Assembly: GCF_006345805.1 (NCBI RefSeq)
Contig: NC_042999.1
Span: 34,286,001 to 34,350,000, forward strand
Reading direction: 5' to 3'
DNA length: 64,000 nt
Origin: Octopus sinensis
Taxonomy: Eukaryota
The notes under the pieces are model-generated. The model searched no databases. It had not been told where the DNA came from and worked only from the letters and a program-made list of their open reading frames with translations. Shown piece by piece: positions 63,654-64,000 of this stretch (within the stretch, counting starts at the first letter, position 1; each line of letters opens with the position of its first letter). A program made the position numbers and the translations under genes.

Positions 63654-64000
63654 ATATACATATATATATATGCAGAAATCCATTTACTTTGATAGCTACA
63701 CATTTGAAAATTGTTTTGCTTCATTTGTCTTCTCAACTAACGTTCCTTTCAATAAACTGTTGCATGAAATATCAAATTGTGGCTTAAAATCATATTATAA
63801 AAATCGAAGAAAACCTTAAATCAAGAATAACTTATGAAGAGGGAAATAGGCCTGAATTCCCGGCGTAAATAATTAGCTGTAAAAATAATAATAAAACTAA
63901 ATTAATAATATAAAAGATATATCCGTTTAACAAATTTTCACGTTAAAATACTTTATTCATCTAGCAATACATACACATTCCAAGCAATCTTTAGTATACT

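Overview
This is AT-rich eukaryotic repeat-dominated DNA. The SINE families, dense (TA)n/(CA)n/(GATA)n microsatellites and transposon mix suggest a coleoid cephalopod such as Octopus (inference; no database search was run). No host protein-coding exon could be supported, and nearly all ORF-track entries are microsatellite or satellite artefacts. Recognisable content: tRNA-derived SINEs of at least four families; relics of CR1/L2-type, RTE, L1/Tx1-type and REL-endonuclease (R4/Dong-like) LINEs; a Gypsy gag relic; several mariner/Tc1/Tigger relics; a hATm-like transposase relic; non-autonomous Helitrons; fold-back elements; three Penelope-like (PLE) GIY-YIG fragments; and a 3-kb 13-bp satellite. 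The standout is a 5.8-kb array (49588-55361) of ~491-bp monomers inserted in (TA)n. Each monomer carries a complete type I hammerhead ribozyme (HHR) fold: 8-bp stem I, CUGAAGA, 5-6-bp stem II capped by a 56-nt multi-hairpin insert, GAAA, self-complementary stem III and a GUA cleavage triplet. There are 12 copies, 3 on - and 9 on +, joined at an inversion. This is a candidate cephalopod non-LTR retrozyme (circular-RNA-generating retroelement) beside PLE relics. Several other HHR-like motifs occur in PLE-type terminal repeats elsewhere in the window. Ribozyme activity and expression are predicted, not shown.
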